A stretch of DNA of 64,000 bases. Source: Rebecca billardiae RCC1528. Taxonomy: Eukaryota > Protista > Haptophyta. A program made the position numbers and the translations under genes. The notes below the pieces were generated by a model, which worked only from the letters and a program-made list of their open reading frames with translations, searched no databases and had not been told where the DNA came from. The DNA is taken from positions 744,001 to 808,000 of the forward strand of contig OZ251238.1 of NCBI GenBank assembly GCA_965240325.2. Direction: 5' to 3'. Shown one piece after another: positions 12,096 through 24,110 of the stretch (the first letter of the stretch is position 1; every line of letters begins with the position of its first letter).

Positions 12096-13647
12096 ATGGC
12101 TTCCTGGCGGCGGCCTCGTCGCGTCCTCTTCGCCTCCGCCGCGGCGGCGACAGTGTCCGCATGCGCGTACGCGGGCTACAAGCTCTGGCAGCGCCGGCAG
12201 GAGCTCTCCCTGCTCTACCGCACCGTCTCGAGCATGCTCGCCGCGCCTAAAAGCAGGTGCGCCGTGCCAGTCCACTGCGAGATCGCGCACGCGCGCGCGC
12301 TCACACACACCACGCGCGCGCGATCCGCCACGCCGCAGGCTGCAGGTACACTTTGAGGAGACGCAGGCCGACTGCGACATCGCCGTCGCGGGGCTTGCGC
12401 CCACGCTGCGCGCCCGGCTCACCCAGCTGAGCGCGGCCGACCGCTTGCACGCCGAGCTCCGCACGGTGAGAGATCGCGCGCGCAAGCTCGAGCTGTGGGC
12501 AGAGTTGAAGGTCGCGTCGATCGCGCGCACGCTGAGCGCAGTGTACGCGCTGGTGTACACCAACCTCCTCATGCGCGTCCTCGCCAACCTCGTCGCGCGC
12601 CACCTGCTCCTCGAGCGCACGGCGGCGGCCGCGGACGGCGCGCAGCACGAGGCGCCTGGCGGCGCGGCGGCTGCCGCCGACCCCCTGGGGGCGGCGGCGG
12701 CGCGGCTGGACGCGAGCCTGAACGGCAACGGCTCGTGCACCGAGTCGGCGCGCGCGCCCGCGCCCCCGCCCTCGGCGCGCGTGCCCACCAGCGCGCAGCT
12801 CCGCGTGCTCGAGGCGTCGGAGCACCTAGTGCAAGGCGCAGGGCTGTCTGAGCTGCACGGCGCGGTGGAGAGGGGAGTCGGGGAGAGCTTCGGCGACGTG
12901 GCGCTGACGCGCGCGCTCACGCCGCGGGAGCTGGAGGCGCTGCTCCGCCGCGTGCGCGCGCCGCTGGAGCGCGGCGTGGCGGCGCACGCGCTGCTGCGCC
13001 GCGTGCTGCTCCCTGCCGAGGTCGCGCCCGCCGCTCGCGCGAGCGGCGGCGACGGCGGCAGTCTTGGCCGCGCGGACGCGGCGCAGGCGTGCGCCGCGGG
13101 CGCGCCAGTCGCGGCGCTGCTGCTTCGGGAGGTGCGTGAGGTGGTGGACAGCGCGCCGTTCCGACTGGTGCTCGACCAGATGCTCGACGCCGCGTTCGCG
13201 GAGCTCAGCCGCGAGCTCAACGAGCGCATCGCACCGCCTGCCCGAGAGGCGCGCGCGAGCGCAGCCGAGCCCGCGGCAGCGGCGGCGGCGGCGGCGGCGG
13301 CGGCGCTGCCGCTGGCGAAGATTGTGCCGCTGGTGAGCAACTGCTTCGGCTCGGTTCTCGCCGATCCGCGCGCGGGCGCAGACGCGGCCCACGGGGCGCC
13401 TCCTGCGGGGCGCTACCTGCGCGCAGCCTCGGGCGTGCCATCCCTGCCTGAGCTCTGCTTGATGGCTTACGCCCCCCAGGCCGCGGCCGAGCCTGAAGCT
13501 GCGGAGGCATGCGCGGCGCTCGTGGCCGGACTTGGCCTCGGGCTCGGCGCGGGCGCGCAGCCTGAGCATGCCGCCGGCACCGGCGCGTTCGAGGCGGCGG
13601 CCACCGCGGGCACACTACTGGCCGAGGCCGACGCGTGCCACGAATGA
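12096..13647 (+). CDS. PEX3: Peroxin-3
   Basis: Basic N-terminus plus TM (WRRPRRVLFASAAAATVSACAYAGYKL), HFEETQADCD, KLELWAELKVASIARTLSAVY, LPLAKIVPLV. Intron 12257-12338. Confidence 0.85.
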
Positions 13648-14324
13648 TCAGATAGATTCCAGGCGGATCTTCATGAATCATGATCTTGATGCGCATCACG
13701 TGCTCAGCACGTACTACAGGCAATCGCGGGCAATATATTAAGAAGTAGTCAGAGATCTCGTTATCATCAGCACGGCTAGTCGACGTCGTATCTCGGTTTC
13801 GACTGATAGATATCATCATCGATCTCAATATAGTAGGCATCACTATACTGCTTACACTAAAATACAATCCGATAGCCATTCATTGCCGCGGTACGTTACG
13901 CGGCCCGCGCCGCGGCGCCGCCGCCGAGCGCATATATACTGACTATATAATTTAATACGGTACTGCTCTACGGAGTCGGAGTCGTCTGCTCGATGACAGC
14001 ACTGTATATGCAGTCATCATCATATCGTATATATATTAGATTTATTCGTCATCACGACGACCGCCCGATCGGCGAGTGTCAAGTCACGCGCCGACCGGGA
14101 AGGAAGTGAACCCCGTCCGTGGCGGGCCCCACCCGTCAGTGGGGCGCGCTCGGCGCTGCGGGCGTCGATCGTCCGGACGTCACGGACACGGTCACCGACA
14201 CCGGGCCGGCCATGCCCGTCAGTCATTAAATAGTCATCATACTCATATCCGAGTGGCCGTCATCAGCGTCAGCCGAAGAGTGCGGACAAGTGTCGTCATC
14301 TAAGTATATATATATATATATGTG

Positions 14325-14397
14325 GTCCGGGCGGTGACCGTACGTATAGCAGTGATGGAGTCCGGGCGGTGACCGTACGTATAGCAGTGATGGAGTC
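14325..14397. repeat. 35-bp perfect tandem duplication (intergenic)
   Basis: GTCCGGGCGGTGACCGTACGTATAGCAGTGATGGA x2, next to a (TA)n run. Confidence 0.9.
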
Positions 14398-14859
14398 GTT
14401 GCTAGCGCTCTTGCCGTTGCGCGTCGCGGCGCTACTCTCGCCCCGTCGGTCGGGTCCCCGGGGGCCGGGCCGCCAGCGGGCTGCGCAGCATCGGTCCCGG
14501 GGCCGATCGGAAGCGACGTCGGTCACTACGGAAGCCAGTGCCGCGCGGATCGAAGCGCCAATAAGCGGGCCGGAAGGCACGGCCACGGGACTGGCACTCA
14601 ATAAGGGCCCTGCTAGAATGACGGGCGCCGCCCGCGGGCCCGCCGAAAGCTACGGTACCTACGACTACTACGTACTTCCTCGGATCCGCGAAGCCCGATC
14701 ACTAGCACTACGGCCACGGGCATATCACAGCGGCACCACCCGCCGCCGGACGCCACCGGTGGCGGGCTGCGCGCTCTGTTAGCTAGTTAGTTCTGGAAGC
14801 GGCGCGCGTCAGGTCAGGGCCGAAAGCCCGAAGGCGAAAGGCGAAAGCCAGAGGAGCCG

Positions 14860-15139
14860 TCACCGCGGTTCCGCCATCGTGTGCGGCAGGCACTCCTCCA
14901 GGTCGACGAGCGTGTGCACGACGGGCAGCAGCACGCCCGCCTTCTCGCCGAGCAGCCGCTTGACCGCGCCCTCGCCCTCCAGCCCCGCCTCCTCCTCGCG
15001 CGCCACGCGCATCACGTCGTCCAATCGCGAGCCGCCGCCGAGCTGCTGAGATAGAATCTCGCGCAGCCGGTTGGCCTTCTGCCGCAGGGTGGCGTCCGTG
15101 GGCACGCGCAGCATGGATGGCGGCTGCGCCGCCGAGCTC

Positions 15140-15177
<38 letters not shown>

Positions 15178-18100
15178 GCTCTGCGCGGAGCCCTGCCGCC
15201 CGACCGCGGCCGGCGGCGCGCCGCCGTTCGCGCCCGGTGCGCCGCCGCCCTCCTCGTCCGCACGCGGCGGCGGTGGGCGCCGCCGGCCCGGCTTTGGAGG
15301 CGAAGCCTCGATCTCCCACGCGAAGCCGCCGGTGCCGGAGCGCTTGGACTGCAGCGCCTCGCTCGCCCCGTCTGCGCCGCCCTCCGCGCTGCGCGAGCCC
15401 GCGTCTAAGCTGGGCAGGCCCGCAGCCAGCGCGGCGTCTGCGTCCGCGGCGGGCGCGGCCGGCCGCCGCCAGCCAGGGTGAGGGGCGACGGGCGCGGCCG
15501 CGCCGCCCGCCGCCGTCGGCTGGTCGGCGTCCGCCGCGTCCGCGCGCGTGTCGAGCTGCTGGAAGACCGTGGCGATATCCTCACCCAGCTCCTCGCCGTC
15601 GTCGCGCGGGTCGTACAGGACCGCGATCTCGGACTCGTCAATTCCGGGCGGCACCATCACCACCGCCTCCGCCTCCGAGCCCGAGGCGCCTGACGGCTCC
15701 GCCGCCCCGCCGCCGCCGCTGCCGTCCTGGGCGCTGTCGGCGGGGACGAGCACGTAGCGGGAGCGCAGCTTGGCGATGTCCGCGGCGATCTGGCGCATCT
15801 CGCGCTGCGCCGAGTTGACCAGCTGCCGCGCCGCCTCGCCCGTGAGCGCGCAGCTGTCCACGAGGCGCATCACCGCCTGCGCCGCAAGCGCGCGCGAGCC
15901 GCGCGGCGCGCACAGGGGTCTGGGTGTTGAGGGCGGGCGCGCCATCGCGCCGCGCGGCGTGGGCGCGGCGTGGGCGGCGCGGGGTCGCGCGCCGGCGCAC
16001 CTCGCGCTGCTCGTTGAGCGAAGCGAGCCGCTCCGCCATCTCCTCGTCCGAGACGAGCCGCCAGGTCGGGTTGGCGCGCTGCAGGGCGGCAGCCTCAGCG
16101 CTCGACGGCGCGCGCCGCTCCGCAGGCTGCGGCGCCGCCTGCGTCTGCGGCGGCGCGCTCACCAGCGTGGCCGCCATTGCATCCGCCACGCCGCTCGGCG
16201 GCAGCGCGCCGCCGGGTGCGGGCGCGGCGCGCGCGCCCGGCGGCTGCTGCGGCTGCGGCTGCGGCTGCGGCTGCTGCGGCTGCGGCTGTGCCGGCTGTGC
16301 CGGCGGCAGCGGATACGCCGCCTGTGGCGGCTGCGGCACGCGCGCCGTCTGTGTGGGCACGAACACCTCGACCTGGTCGGCCTTCCACTGCGCACTCGCC
16401 TGCTGCCTGGCGAGCCTGTCGCGGCGCATCTTCGCGCGCTGCTCGTCGTACTTCGCCTGCAGCTCGCGCACCTTCTGCGCCTCGACGGCGCGGGCAATGG
16501 CCGCCGCCTCAACTGACACTGGCGGGTCCTGGGCGGCGGCGCCGCGCCGGCCGCGGCCCGGGGACTCGCCTCGCTTCGAGTAGCTGCCGCCCGCGCCGGC
16601 GCGCGCGGCGCTGCTGCCGCCGGCGCCGGCGCCGCTGCCGCCCGCCGGCGCCGCGTCCGCCCCGGGCGCGAACGGGTTGACCGGCGGGCGCGCGCCGCGC
16701 GCGTTCAGCCCGCCCGCGCCGCGCGCCGCAGACCCCGCCGAGGGCGTGCGTGCGCCTGGCTCGCCATCCGCCGAGCCGAGCGCCTCCTGCGAGGACTGCG
16801 GCGTGATCTGGTTGAACTCCGACGCGAGTAATCGCTCGTCGAGGAACTTGGTGATGCGCGCCTGCGCGCAGCCGGCGCGAGCGCGTGTCGGCCGTGTGGG
16901 GGGACGCGAGGCTGCGCTCAGCCGCGCGCACGGCGGGGCGCAGCGCGCGTCGCCCGCGGGCGCGCGCCCTGCGGCTGCGCGCTCCGCGCAAGCCGGATTG
17001 GGCTGGGCGGCTCGGCGCGTCGGCCGCGGCCTCTGCGCACGGCATGGCTCGGCACGGCTCGGCGCGGCACGGCGCGGCACGGCGCGGCCCTGGCGCGGCG
17101 CGACGCCAACACGCGCCGTGCGCGCGGCGCGGCGCGACGGGCGCTTTGGCTCCGGGCGCGCCACACCGCTCCGCACACACCGCTCCTCACCTTGACGAAA
17201 TCGCGCTCGAGAATGTCGTGGATGTGCGGCCGCCTCGCCGGGTCCTTGAGCAGGCAGCTGTCGATCACCGCCGCCAGCTCGCGCGGCGTGCTCTGCGGCA
17301 GCGGCGGATAGGAGCCACCAACAATCTGCATCACGAGCGCGGGCATATTATTCGCGTGGAAAGGCAGCTTCAGCGAAAGGAGCTCATACAGAATCACGCC
17401 GAGCGACCACACGTCGCAGCTGGGGGGCGGTGCGGGCGGGGGACGGCGATGCGCCGGGCGAGAGCGAGGCTGCGGTGTGAGCGGAGCAAGCGCTTTCTGC
17501 TCTGCTGCTGCGCGCAGCCCAGGCCCGCGCGCCCCGCGCCCACCCCAGCACGCACTGCGCCGCCCGCGCCGCGCAGCTGCGGCGGAGCGCGGCCGGTGGG
17601 CACGCCCCCCACCCCCGCTCCGCGCGCGCGCCCGACCGCGCTGCGCACCGGTTGTTGTACTCCTTCCCCTCGCACAGCTCGGGCGCGAGGTAGAGGGGCG
17701 TGCCCACGCACGTGTGCGCCACCGAGAGGGTCGAGCCCAGCACCTTCGAGATGCCAAAGTCGCCGAGGCGGACGTAGTTCTCGCGCGTGAGGAAGATGTT
17801 CTGCGGCTTGAGGTCGCGGTGCATCACCTGCGCCGCGCGCCGCGCGCGCCGCCGCGGCGTGCTCAGCGCCGGGCGGCGCACCGCGCAGGGACTGCGGCGG
17901 GCGCGCACGGCTCGCGCGCCGCCGGCCGGCGCGCGCGCGCGGCATGCGCGCACCTTGCGGTCGTGCGCGTGCTTGAGCGCCAGGCAGATCTGCACGAACC
18001 AGTCGAGCACCTGCTCCGCGCCGAAGCCCGCGCCGCCCGCCTGCTTCTGCATGTCGATCCTCTGCGAGAGGTCGCCGCCGTCAGCGTATTCCATCACGAT

Positions 18101-18382
18101 CGCCAGCTTGCCGTCCTCCTCCGTGTAGTGCTCGTACATGCGGATGATGTGCGGGTGGCGGCGGAGGCGCTGGAGCACCTCGCACTCCGTCTTCGCGTCC
18201 GCCCGGTCCTTCTCCGAGAGCATGCTCATGTCGACCAGCTTCATCACGCACTGGCGCGAGTCCGCCTGCCGCCGCACGAGGAACACGACCCCAAACGAGC
18301 CGCGGCCAATCATCTTGAGCGGCGTGTACTTGCGGCTGATCTTGGGAAGAGCATCCTTCTTCTTCACGGGCACCCGCTTCAT
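14860..18382 (-). CDS. NIMA-related (NEK) Ser/Thr kinase with long C-terminal tail, 5 exons
   Basis: IGRGSFG, VMK, MEYADGGDL, DWFVQICLALKH, HRDLKPQNIFL, LGDFGISKVL, GTPLYLAPE, DVWSLG. Introns 17828-17953, 17420-17648, 16862-17190 and 15877-16000. Confidence 0.93.
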
Positions 18383-18566
18383 CGCGCCCGGCGGCTCGGC
18401 CGACCGGCGCGACCGCGGGACCGACCGGCGCGCCGCAAGTCGTGCCGTACCCGCCGCCACGCAAGCAACCCTCGAGCGCGCGCTAGCCAGTGGCAAGTCG
18501 CGCGGCCTGACTGACACTGACACGGGCGGGGGCGATGGCTGCCGCCCGGGCGCGACACGGTGTGCG

Positions 18567-19301
18567 ATGAGCCTGCTCTCGCTGCTGCGCTTCCGCGAGA
18601 TGGGCGGCGCGCCGCCCGAGGCGTACCCGCTCGAGCTGAGCGTACAGCACATGCGCACGCAGGCCCTCGAGCTCTCCACGCGCAAGGAGATCGCCTCCGT
18701 CCACCGCGCGGGCGTGCGCGCGCTCTCGTGCGCCGATCGCTACCTGCTCGCGGGCGACACCGAGGGCCTCCTTGCCGTGTACGACTCGCAGCACGCGCCC
18801 GCCGAGGCGGGGCCGGGGCTGCAGCTCGTGGACTCGCTCGCGCGCCTGCCCAAGGCGCACAAGTACGCCGTCTCCTCCGTCTGCTGGTACCCGCCGGACC
18901 CGGGCCTGTTTGTGAGCGGCGGGTACGACGGCCGCGTGCGCGCGTGGGATGCAAACGAGCTGGAGCCCGTGCTCGACTTCGACCTGCAGGGGCGCGTGTA
19001 CGCGCTCGACCTCTCGGCGTGCGCGGGCACGCACGGCCTCATCGCCGTCGGCGCGGAGGAGGCCACCGTCCGCCTGTGCGACCTGCGCTCGGGCGCGCAC
19101 ACGCACGTGCTGCACGGGCACAGCGCCCCGGTGTGGGCCGTGCGCTGGTCTCCCGCGCGCGAGCACGTGCTCGCGAGTGGCTCGCAGGACTGCCGCGCGC
19201 GCGTGTGGGACGTGCGCAAGGCGGGCGCGCTGCACGAGCTCGACAAGACGCGCACCGCCGAGGCGCGCCTGCGAGGGAGCGGCGGCGCGCGAGCGCGCGG
19301 C

Positions 19302-19333
<32 letters not shown>

Positions 19334-19943
19334 CGCCTACGGATGCGCGGGCGGCGAGCGGCCGGCGCAGCGGCAGCGGCACAGCGCGCACGATGGCGGC
19401 GTGAACGGGCTGCTCTTCTCGCGCGACGGGCTCGAGCTGCTCACCTTCGGCAAGGACGACCGGCTGCGGCTGTGGGACGTGGGCACCGGGCTGAATCTGA
19501 ATGTGCACTACGAGCAGCCGGCCAATCACGCGCCGCGGCTCGTGCAGATGGCGGTGGCCGACTGCGGCGGCGGTGGCGGCGGCCAGCATTCGTTCGCGTA
19601 CGTGCCGTGCGGCCGGCTGGTGCACGAGTACGAGTGGGCGAGCGGGAAGCTGCGCCGGCGGCTCCGCTGCCACTTCGAGCGCGTCAACGCCCTCGCGTAC
19701 TCGCAGGCGTGCGAGGAGCTCTTCTCGGGCTCAGACGACCAGACGATTGGCGTGTGGGCGCCGCCCAGCGCGGGGCTGTGCGCCGACGCGGGCGCGGCGG
19801 GCGCGGCGCGCGGCGAGGCGCGCGCCGGCGGTGGCGGCGTGGAGCTGGACGAGGATGCGTGGAGTGACCAGGACGATGATGCCGCGCCTCCGCCGCCGCG
19901 CGGGTGGAGAGGCGGGTCTCGACAGCGGCGCCAGAGGAGGTGA
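18567..19943 (+). CDS. ERCC8: WD40 DNA excision repair protein ERCC8/CSA-like
   Basis: HKYAVSSVCWYPPDPGLFVSG, VRLCDLRSGAHTHVLHGH, WDVRKAG, AHDGGVNGL and FGKDDRLRLWD are characteristic of CSA. Confidence 0.85.
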
Positions 19944-20091
19944 GTTTTGAGTTTTCTCCGCCGGCGGAGAATTCCGATACTCCTCCCCGCGCAGAAAATA
20001 AGAAAGGCGGAGAATATACATATCTGATGCATGAGCCGCGAAAAACAAATGCCGGCCCCGCCGATTCCGGCATCACGTGATCACGTCCAAG

Positions 20092-21930
20092 ATGGAGGGC
20101 GCGGCCTTCTACGTGGACAAGAAGCGCCGTGCCGCCGATGATGCGCGCGCGACTGGACCCGCGGCGGCGCGGGCGCGCGCGCTGTCGAAGGAGCGCGAGC
20201 TCGAGCGTCTTGTCTTCGGCCGGGACGACGAGTTCGAAGCCAAGCTCGGGCGCGAGCTCGACGACGACGACGACGACGCCGATGCGGACGGCGACAGCGT
20301 CGAGGGCGACGGCACGGAGGCGGCGCGCGCCGAGCACGGCGGGCGCGCGGCGGGGCGCGCGGCGTGGGTGGACGAGGACGATGAGTCAGTCGCCGTCGAC
20401 CTCACCAAAGCCTCGCGCACCAAGAAGCTCCGACGCTCGGAGAAGGAGGCCGTCGTGAGCGGCTCCGTGTATGAGCAACGGCTGCGAGAGCAGTTCGAGC
20501 GCGCGCACGGCAGCGTGGCGTGGGCGCGGAGGCGGGCTCGGAAAGGGGCGGGCGCTGCGGACGGCGGCAAAGACGGCGCCACCGAGCGCGCTGACGACGA
20601 CGACGACGACGACGACGAGCTCAGCGCGGCCGAGGACGAGGACGAGGGCGCGCTCGGCGCTGCGCTGCGCACGACCCGTCCTCTGGTGCACAAGCCCGCG
20701 CTCACCGCCACCGAGGTGCGCGTGTCCCGCGCGTGCGACGCGAACGCGAGCGAGCGCTCGGAGGCGGTGGTGCAGGCCATCGACTTCCACCCGACCAACG
20801 ACCTCTTCCTCACCGCAGGTGAGCGAGCGCGCGCGCGCGCCGGCGCCCCTGCGCCGTGCGCGGCGCCGCGCGTGCGCCAAGGCCGCCACCGTTCACACGC
20901 GGTGGGGTGCGCACGCGCACGCGCGCGCGCGCGCGCTCGGGCAGGCTTCGACCGGACCCTGCGCCTCTTCCGCATCGACGGCACGGACAACCCAAAGGTG
21001 CAGGGCGTCTTCCTGCAGGACTGCCCGATGAGCTCGGCCGCGTTCAGCGCAGACGGCCGGCAGGTGGTCGCTGCCGGCCGCGCGCGCCACTTCTATGCGG
21101 TCGACCTGGGAGCGGGCTCGGTGTCAAAGGTGCCCCCGCTGCGCGGCCGGAAGGAGCGGAGCCTCTCGGGCCTGGTGCTCTCGGCGGACGGCGAGTGGCT
21201 CGCGTTCGCCGGCGAGAAGGGCGCCGTCCTCCTCGTCTCCGCGCGCACCAAGCAGCTGGTCACGCCTCTGCAGATGAACCGCAGCGGCGCCGCGCTTGCC
21301 TTTGGTCCGAACGGCCACCTCTGGAGCGCGGGCAAGGCGGGGGAGGCGTACCTGTGGGACGTGCGCTCGTCGCGCTGCGTGTGCCGCTTCGTCGACGAGG
21401 GGATGAGCGAGACGACGGCGCTCGCGGCGTCGCCGGACGGCAGCAGGCTCGCCGTCGGTGCGCGCCGCTTGACCCCGGCGCGCGCGCAGCGGTGCCCCCG
21501 CCCGCCGAGCGGTGGACCGCGCCTCACACCCGCGCGCCGCGCCTGCGCCGCCGCGCGCGCCGCAGGCTCGGCGAGCGGCGTCGTCAACGTGTACGACGCG
21601 CGCTCGCTGCTCTCGCTCGATGGGCCCGCCCGGCCGCTCAAGAGCATCCTCAACCTCTCGACCGCCATCACCAGCCTCCAGTACAACCACGACAGCCAGC
21701 TACTCGCCATCGGCTCGCGGCAGAAGCGGAACGCGCTGCGGCTGATGCACGGGCCCAGCCTGGGCGTGTACCGCAACTGGCCGACCGCCAAGACGCCGCT
21801 GCGCCACGTGCAGTGCTGCGCCTTCAGCGCGGCCAGCCAGTACTTCGCGAGCGGCAACGACGCGGGCGCGGTGCTCCTCTACCGTGTGCACCACTACAGC
21901 GACGCGCCCGCCCGTGCTGTCGTCGCCTGA
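20092..21930 (+). CDS. UTP18: U3 snoRNA-associated WD40 protein UTP18
   Basis: ELERLVFG, AWVDEDD, YEQRLREQF, IDGTDNPKVQ, RFVDEG and VYRNWP. Two in-frame, stop-free introns, 20819-20944 and 21458-21565. Confidence 0.9.
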   Translation: MEGAAFYVDKKRRAADDARATGPAAARARALSKERELERLVFGRDDEFEAKLGRELDDDDDDADADGDSVEGDGTEAARAEHGGRAAGRAAWVDEDDESVAVDLTKASRTKKLRRSEKEAVVSGSVYEQRLREQFERAHGSVAWARRRARKGAGAADGGKDGATERADDDDDDDDELSAAEDEDEGALGAALRTTRPLVHKPALTATEVRVSRACDANASERSEAVVQAIDFHPTNDLFLTAGERARARAGAPAPCAAPRVRQGRHRSHAVGCARARARARARAGFDRTLRLFRIDGTDNPKVQGVFLQDCPMSSAAFSADGRQVVAAGRARHFYAVDLGAGSVSKVPPLRGRKERSLSGLVLSADGEWLAFAGEKGAVLLVSARTKQLVTPLQMNRSGAALAFGPNGHLWSAGKAGEAYLWDVRSSRCVCRFVDEGMSETTALAASPDGSRLAVGARRLTPARAQRCPRPPSGGPRLTPARRACAAARAAGSASGVVNVYDARSLLSLDGPARPLKSILNLSTAITSLQYNHDSQLLAIGSRQKRNALRLMHGPSLGVYRNWPTAKTPLRHVQCCAFSAASQYFASGNDAGAVLLYRVHHYSDAPARAVVA

Positions 21931-22230
21931 CGACGAGATGACGACGACGACGATGCGACGATGCGCCCGTCGGATGGCGGCGGTGAGTCATCTCGTCAGC
22001 ATGACGAGATGCGCCGCCGCCGCTGCCACCGCTGCCAAGTCGTGTAGACGCTGTGCGCGCGCATCGTCATGACGATCGTCATGATGCCATGCGCCGTGCG
22101 TCGTACTCGCGTGCTCAGTGCTGCTGCGGCGCGCGCGCTGCTGCTTATGATGACGACTGATCAGAGTCTGATGACGCCGATGACGTCGCTGCCACGTATC
22201 GACGATGCCACTCAACTCAATGACACTATG

Positions 22231-22293
22231 CTGACTCGTGACATCGGGCTGACTCGTGACATCGGGCTGACTCTTGATGCTGACTCGTGACAT
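22231..22293. repeat. 18-bp minisatellite (intergenic)
   Basis: CTGACTCGTGACATCGGG x2 plus partial copies. Confidence 0.85.
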
Positions 22294-22643
22294 GTCGATG
22301 ATCCGTGATGATCATGATGATCACGGATCATCGCCTGCGGATATCGCGACGAAGCGACGAGACGGAGTCGTGCTCACAGATGACTGTCGAGTAGTTAGGA
22401 GCCCTGGCGGCTCATCCAATGACGATCCGCCTGGCAGAGCCTTCCGACGACGATTCCGCACCCACGGGTCCCCCTCTCTCCGATCGCGGCAATATGGCTG
22501 CGCCTTGTGAGGGAAGACGCAGTGGACGCTGTGCGTGCGTGATGATGACGAGGATGACGAGTGTGCAGCAGTCGTCGCAGCATGGCAGCATCGCGCGCGT
22601 GCGAGCCCGCGCGGCCGCGCGTGCGAGGAGGCACCGCCCCAGC

Positions 22644-24110
22644 TCACACGCGCGGCTCGGCGTTGAGCGGCGCGCGCACGCCCCCCGGGCCGGACGCGGC
22701 GAGGTAGTCTCCGCGCGCCGCGCGCCGCTGGCCGTACTGCTTGAGCGCAGCCGGGGCGGCGACGGCGGCGGCGACCAGCGCGCAGACGCCGAGGGCGATC
22801 GTGAGGGTCGGCGTGGCGCTCGAGCCGCGCGCGCCCGACGGCGTGCCGACACGGACGAGCCCCGTGCGTGCGCCCACCGCGCTGACGGCGTCGTTGATCG
22901 ACACGCTGAGCCGCGGCGCCGTGCCGGGCTGCGCGCGCTCAGCCTGCCTGGCGACAGAGCCGCTGACAAACTCGAGCGCGGTGTCCTTGACCGCGGCCAT
23001 CGCGGCGGCGGAGAGCTTGGGCGGCTCGGCGCGCCCCTCGCGCGCCGCCTGCTCCCGGTGCGCGCGCTCCACCTCCGCAGCCACCAGCTCCGCCTGCCTC
23101 TCCACCTCCGAGCGCGCTCCCTCCATGTGAGCCTTCATCCGCGCGATCGCGTCCTCAGGCGCGCCGCGCGCGCGCGCGTCGCTGATCGCGTTCTGGAGGC
23201 CGGTCTGCATGAACTTGGCCGCGCGGTACATGCCGGCGTGCGTGTCGTACTGCCCCCACTCCTTCGACGCGTCGGTGCTCGCGTCGGCGTCCGCGCCCGA
23301 GCCGTCAGCGCCCGCGCCGTCGGCGCCCGCGCCGTCGGCGCCCGCGCCGTCGGCGCCCGCGCCGTCCTGCGCGCCCGGCTGCGCGCCGCCGGCCGCATAG
23401 CCCTTCGCGTCGCGCATGCGCCGCGTCATCTGCGCAATGTCGGCCTCGGACATGCCGTGCTTGCGACCCTCGGCCGTGGCGAAGGCGAGCGCCTCTTCGA
23501 TGTGCCACGCCGACTCGCCCTCGGCGCCGTGCCACAGGCCGTTTGCGTCTGCAGGCGCGTCAGCGGATGCGGCTGGGGAGCCATCGGCCGCGGGCGCGCC
23601 GCTTCCGGCCGCCGCGTGCATCCGGTTGGTGAGGTCGGTGATGACGTCCTGCGGCATGCCGTGCGCCTGGCCCTGCGCGATCGCGGCCTGCATCGCCGAC
23701 GCCATGTGCTTCGCCGCCTCGTCCGCGCGCGTGAGCAGCTCGGTCTCGGCGTGGCCCATGTTGTTCTGAATGTCCGCGAGCTCGGCGGCGGACGCGCCGT
23801 GGGCGGAGGCCTCGCGGACGGCGATGAGCATCTCGTTGTGGATGCGGGTCGCAGCACGGCGCATGTCGTTCAAGCCGTTGGCCATGCTCGCCGCGTCGCT
23901 CGCGCTGGGTGACGACTGCGCGCCGTCGGCCTGCGCGTCGCCGCCAGCAGCGGCGCTCGTGTCGACCGCGGCCAGGTTCTTCACCCACTGGGCGTTTCCG
24001 AAGCGGCTGGCGAGCTCGTCGCGGTCGACAAGCACGTTGTTGAAGTACACCGCGTCCCCCGCAGCCGGGGCTGCGAGGAACACGGCGACCAGGGCGAGCC
24101 GCGCGAGCAT
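22644..24110 (-). CDS. Uncharacterised type I membrane protein with internal helical repeats
   Basis: Signal peptide MLARLALVAVFLAAPAAG, four A-x-x-(H/R)G-x-(S/P)-x-x-x-(I/L) helical repeats, (GADGA)n linker, C-terminal TM (LTIALGVCALVAAAVAAPAAL) and a short tail. Confidence 0.7.
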   Translation of the reverse strand: MLARLALVAVFLAAPAAGDAVYFNNVLVDRDELASRFGNAQWVKNLAAVDTSAAAGGDAQADGAQSSPSASDAASMANGLNDMRRAATRIHNEMLIAVREASAHGASAAELADIQNNMGHAETELLTRADEAAKHMASAMQAAIAQGQAHGMPQDVITDLTNRMHAAAGSGAPAADGSPAASADAPADANGLWHGAEGESAWHIEEALAFATAEGRKHGMSEADIAQMTRRMRDAKGYAAGGAQPGAQDGAGADGAGADGAGADGAGADGSGADADASTDASKEWGQYDTHAGMYRAAKFMQTGLQNAISDARARGAPEDAIARMKAHMEGARSEVERQAELVAAEVERAHREQAAREGRAEPPKLSAAAMAAVKDTALEFVSGSVARQAERAQPGTAPRLSVSINDAVSAVGARTGLVRVGTPSGARGSSATPTLTIALGVCALVAAAVAAPAALKQYGQRRAARGDYLAASGPGGVRAPLNAEPRV

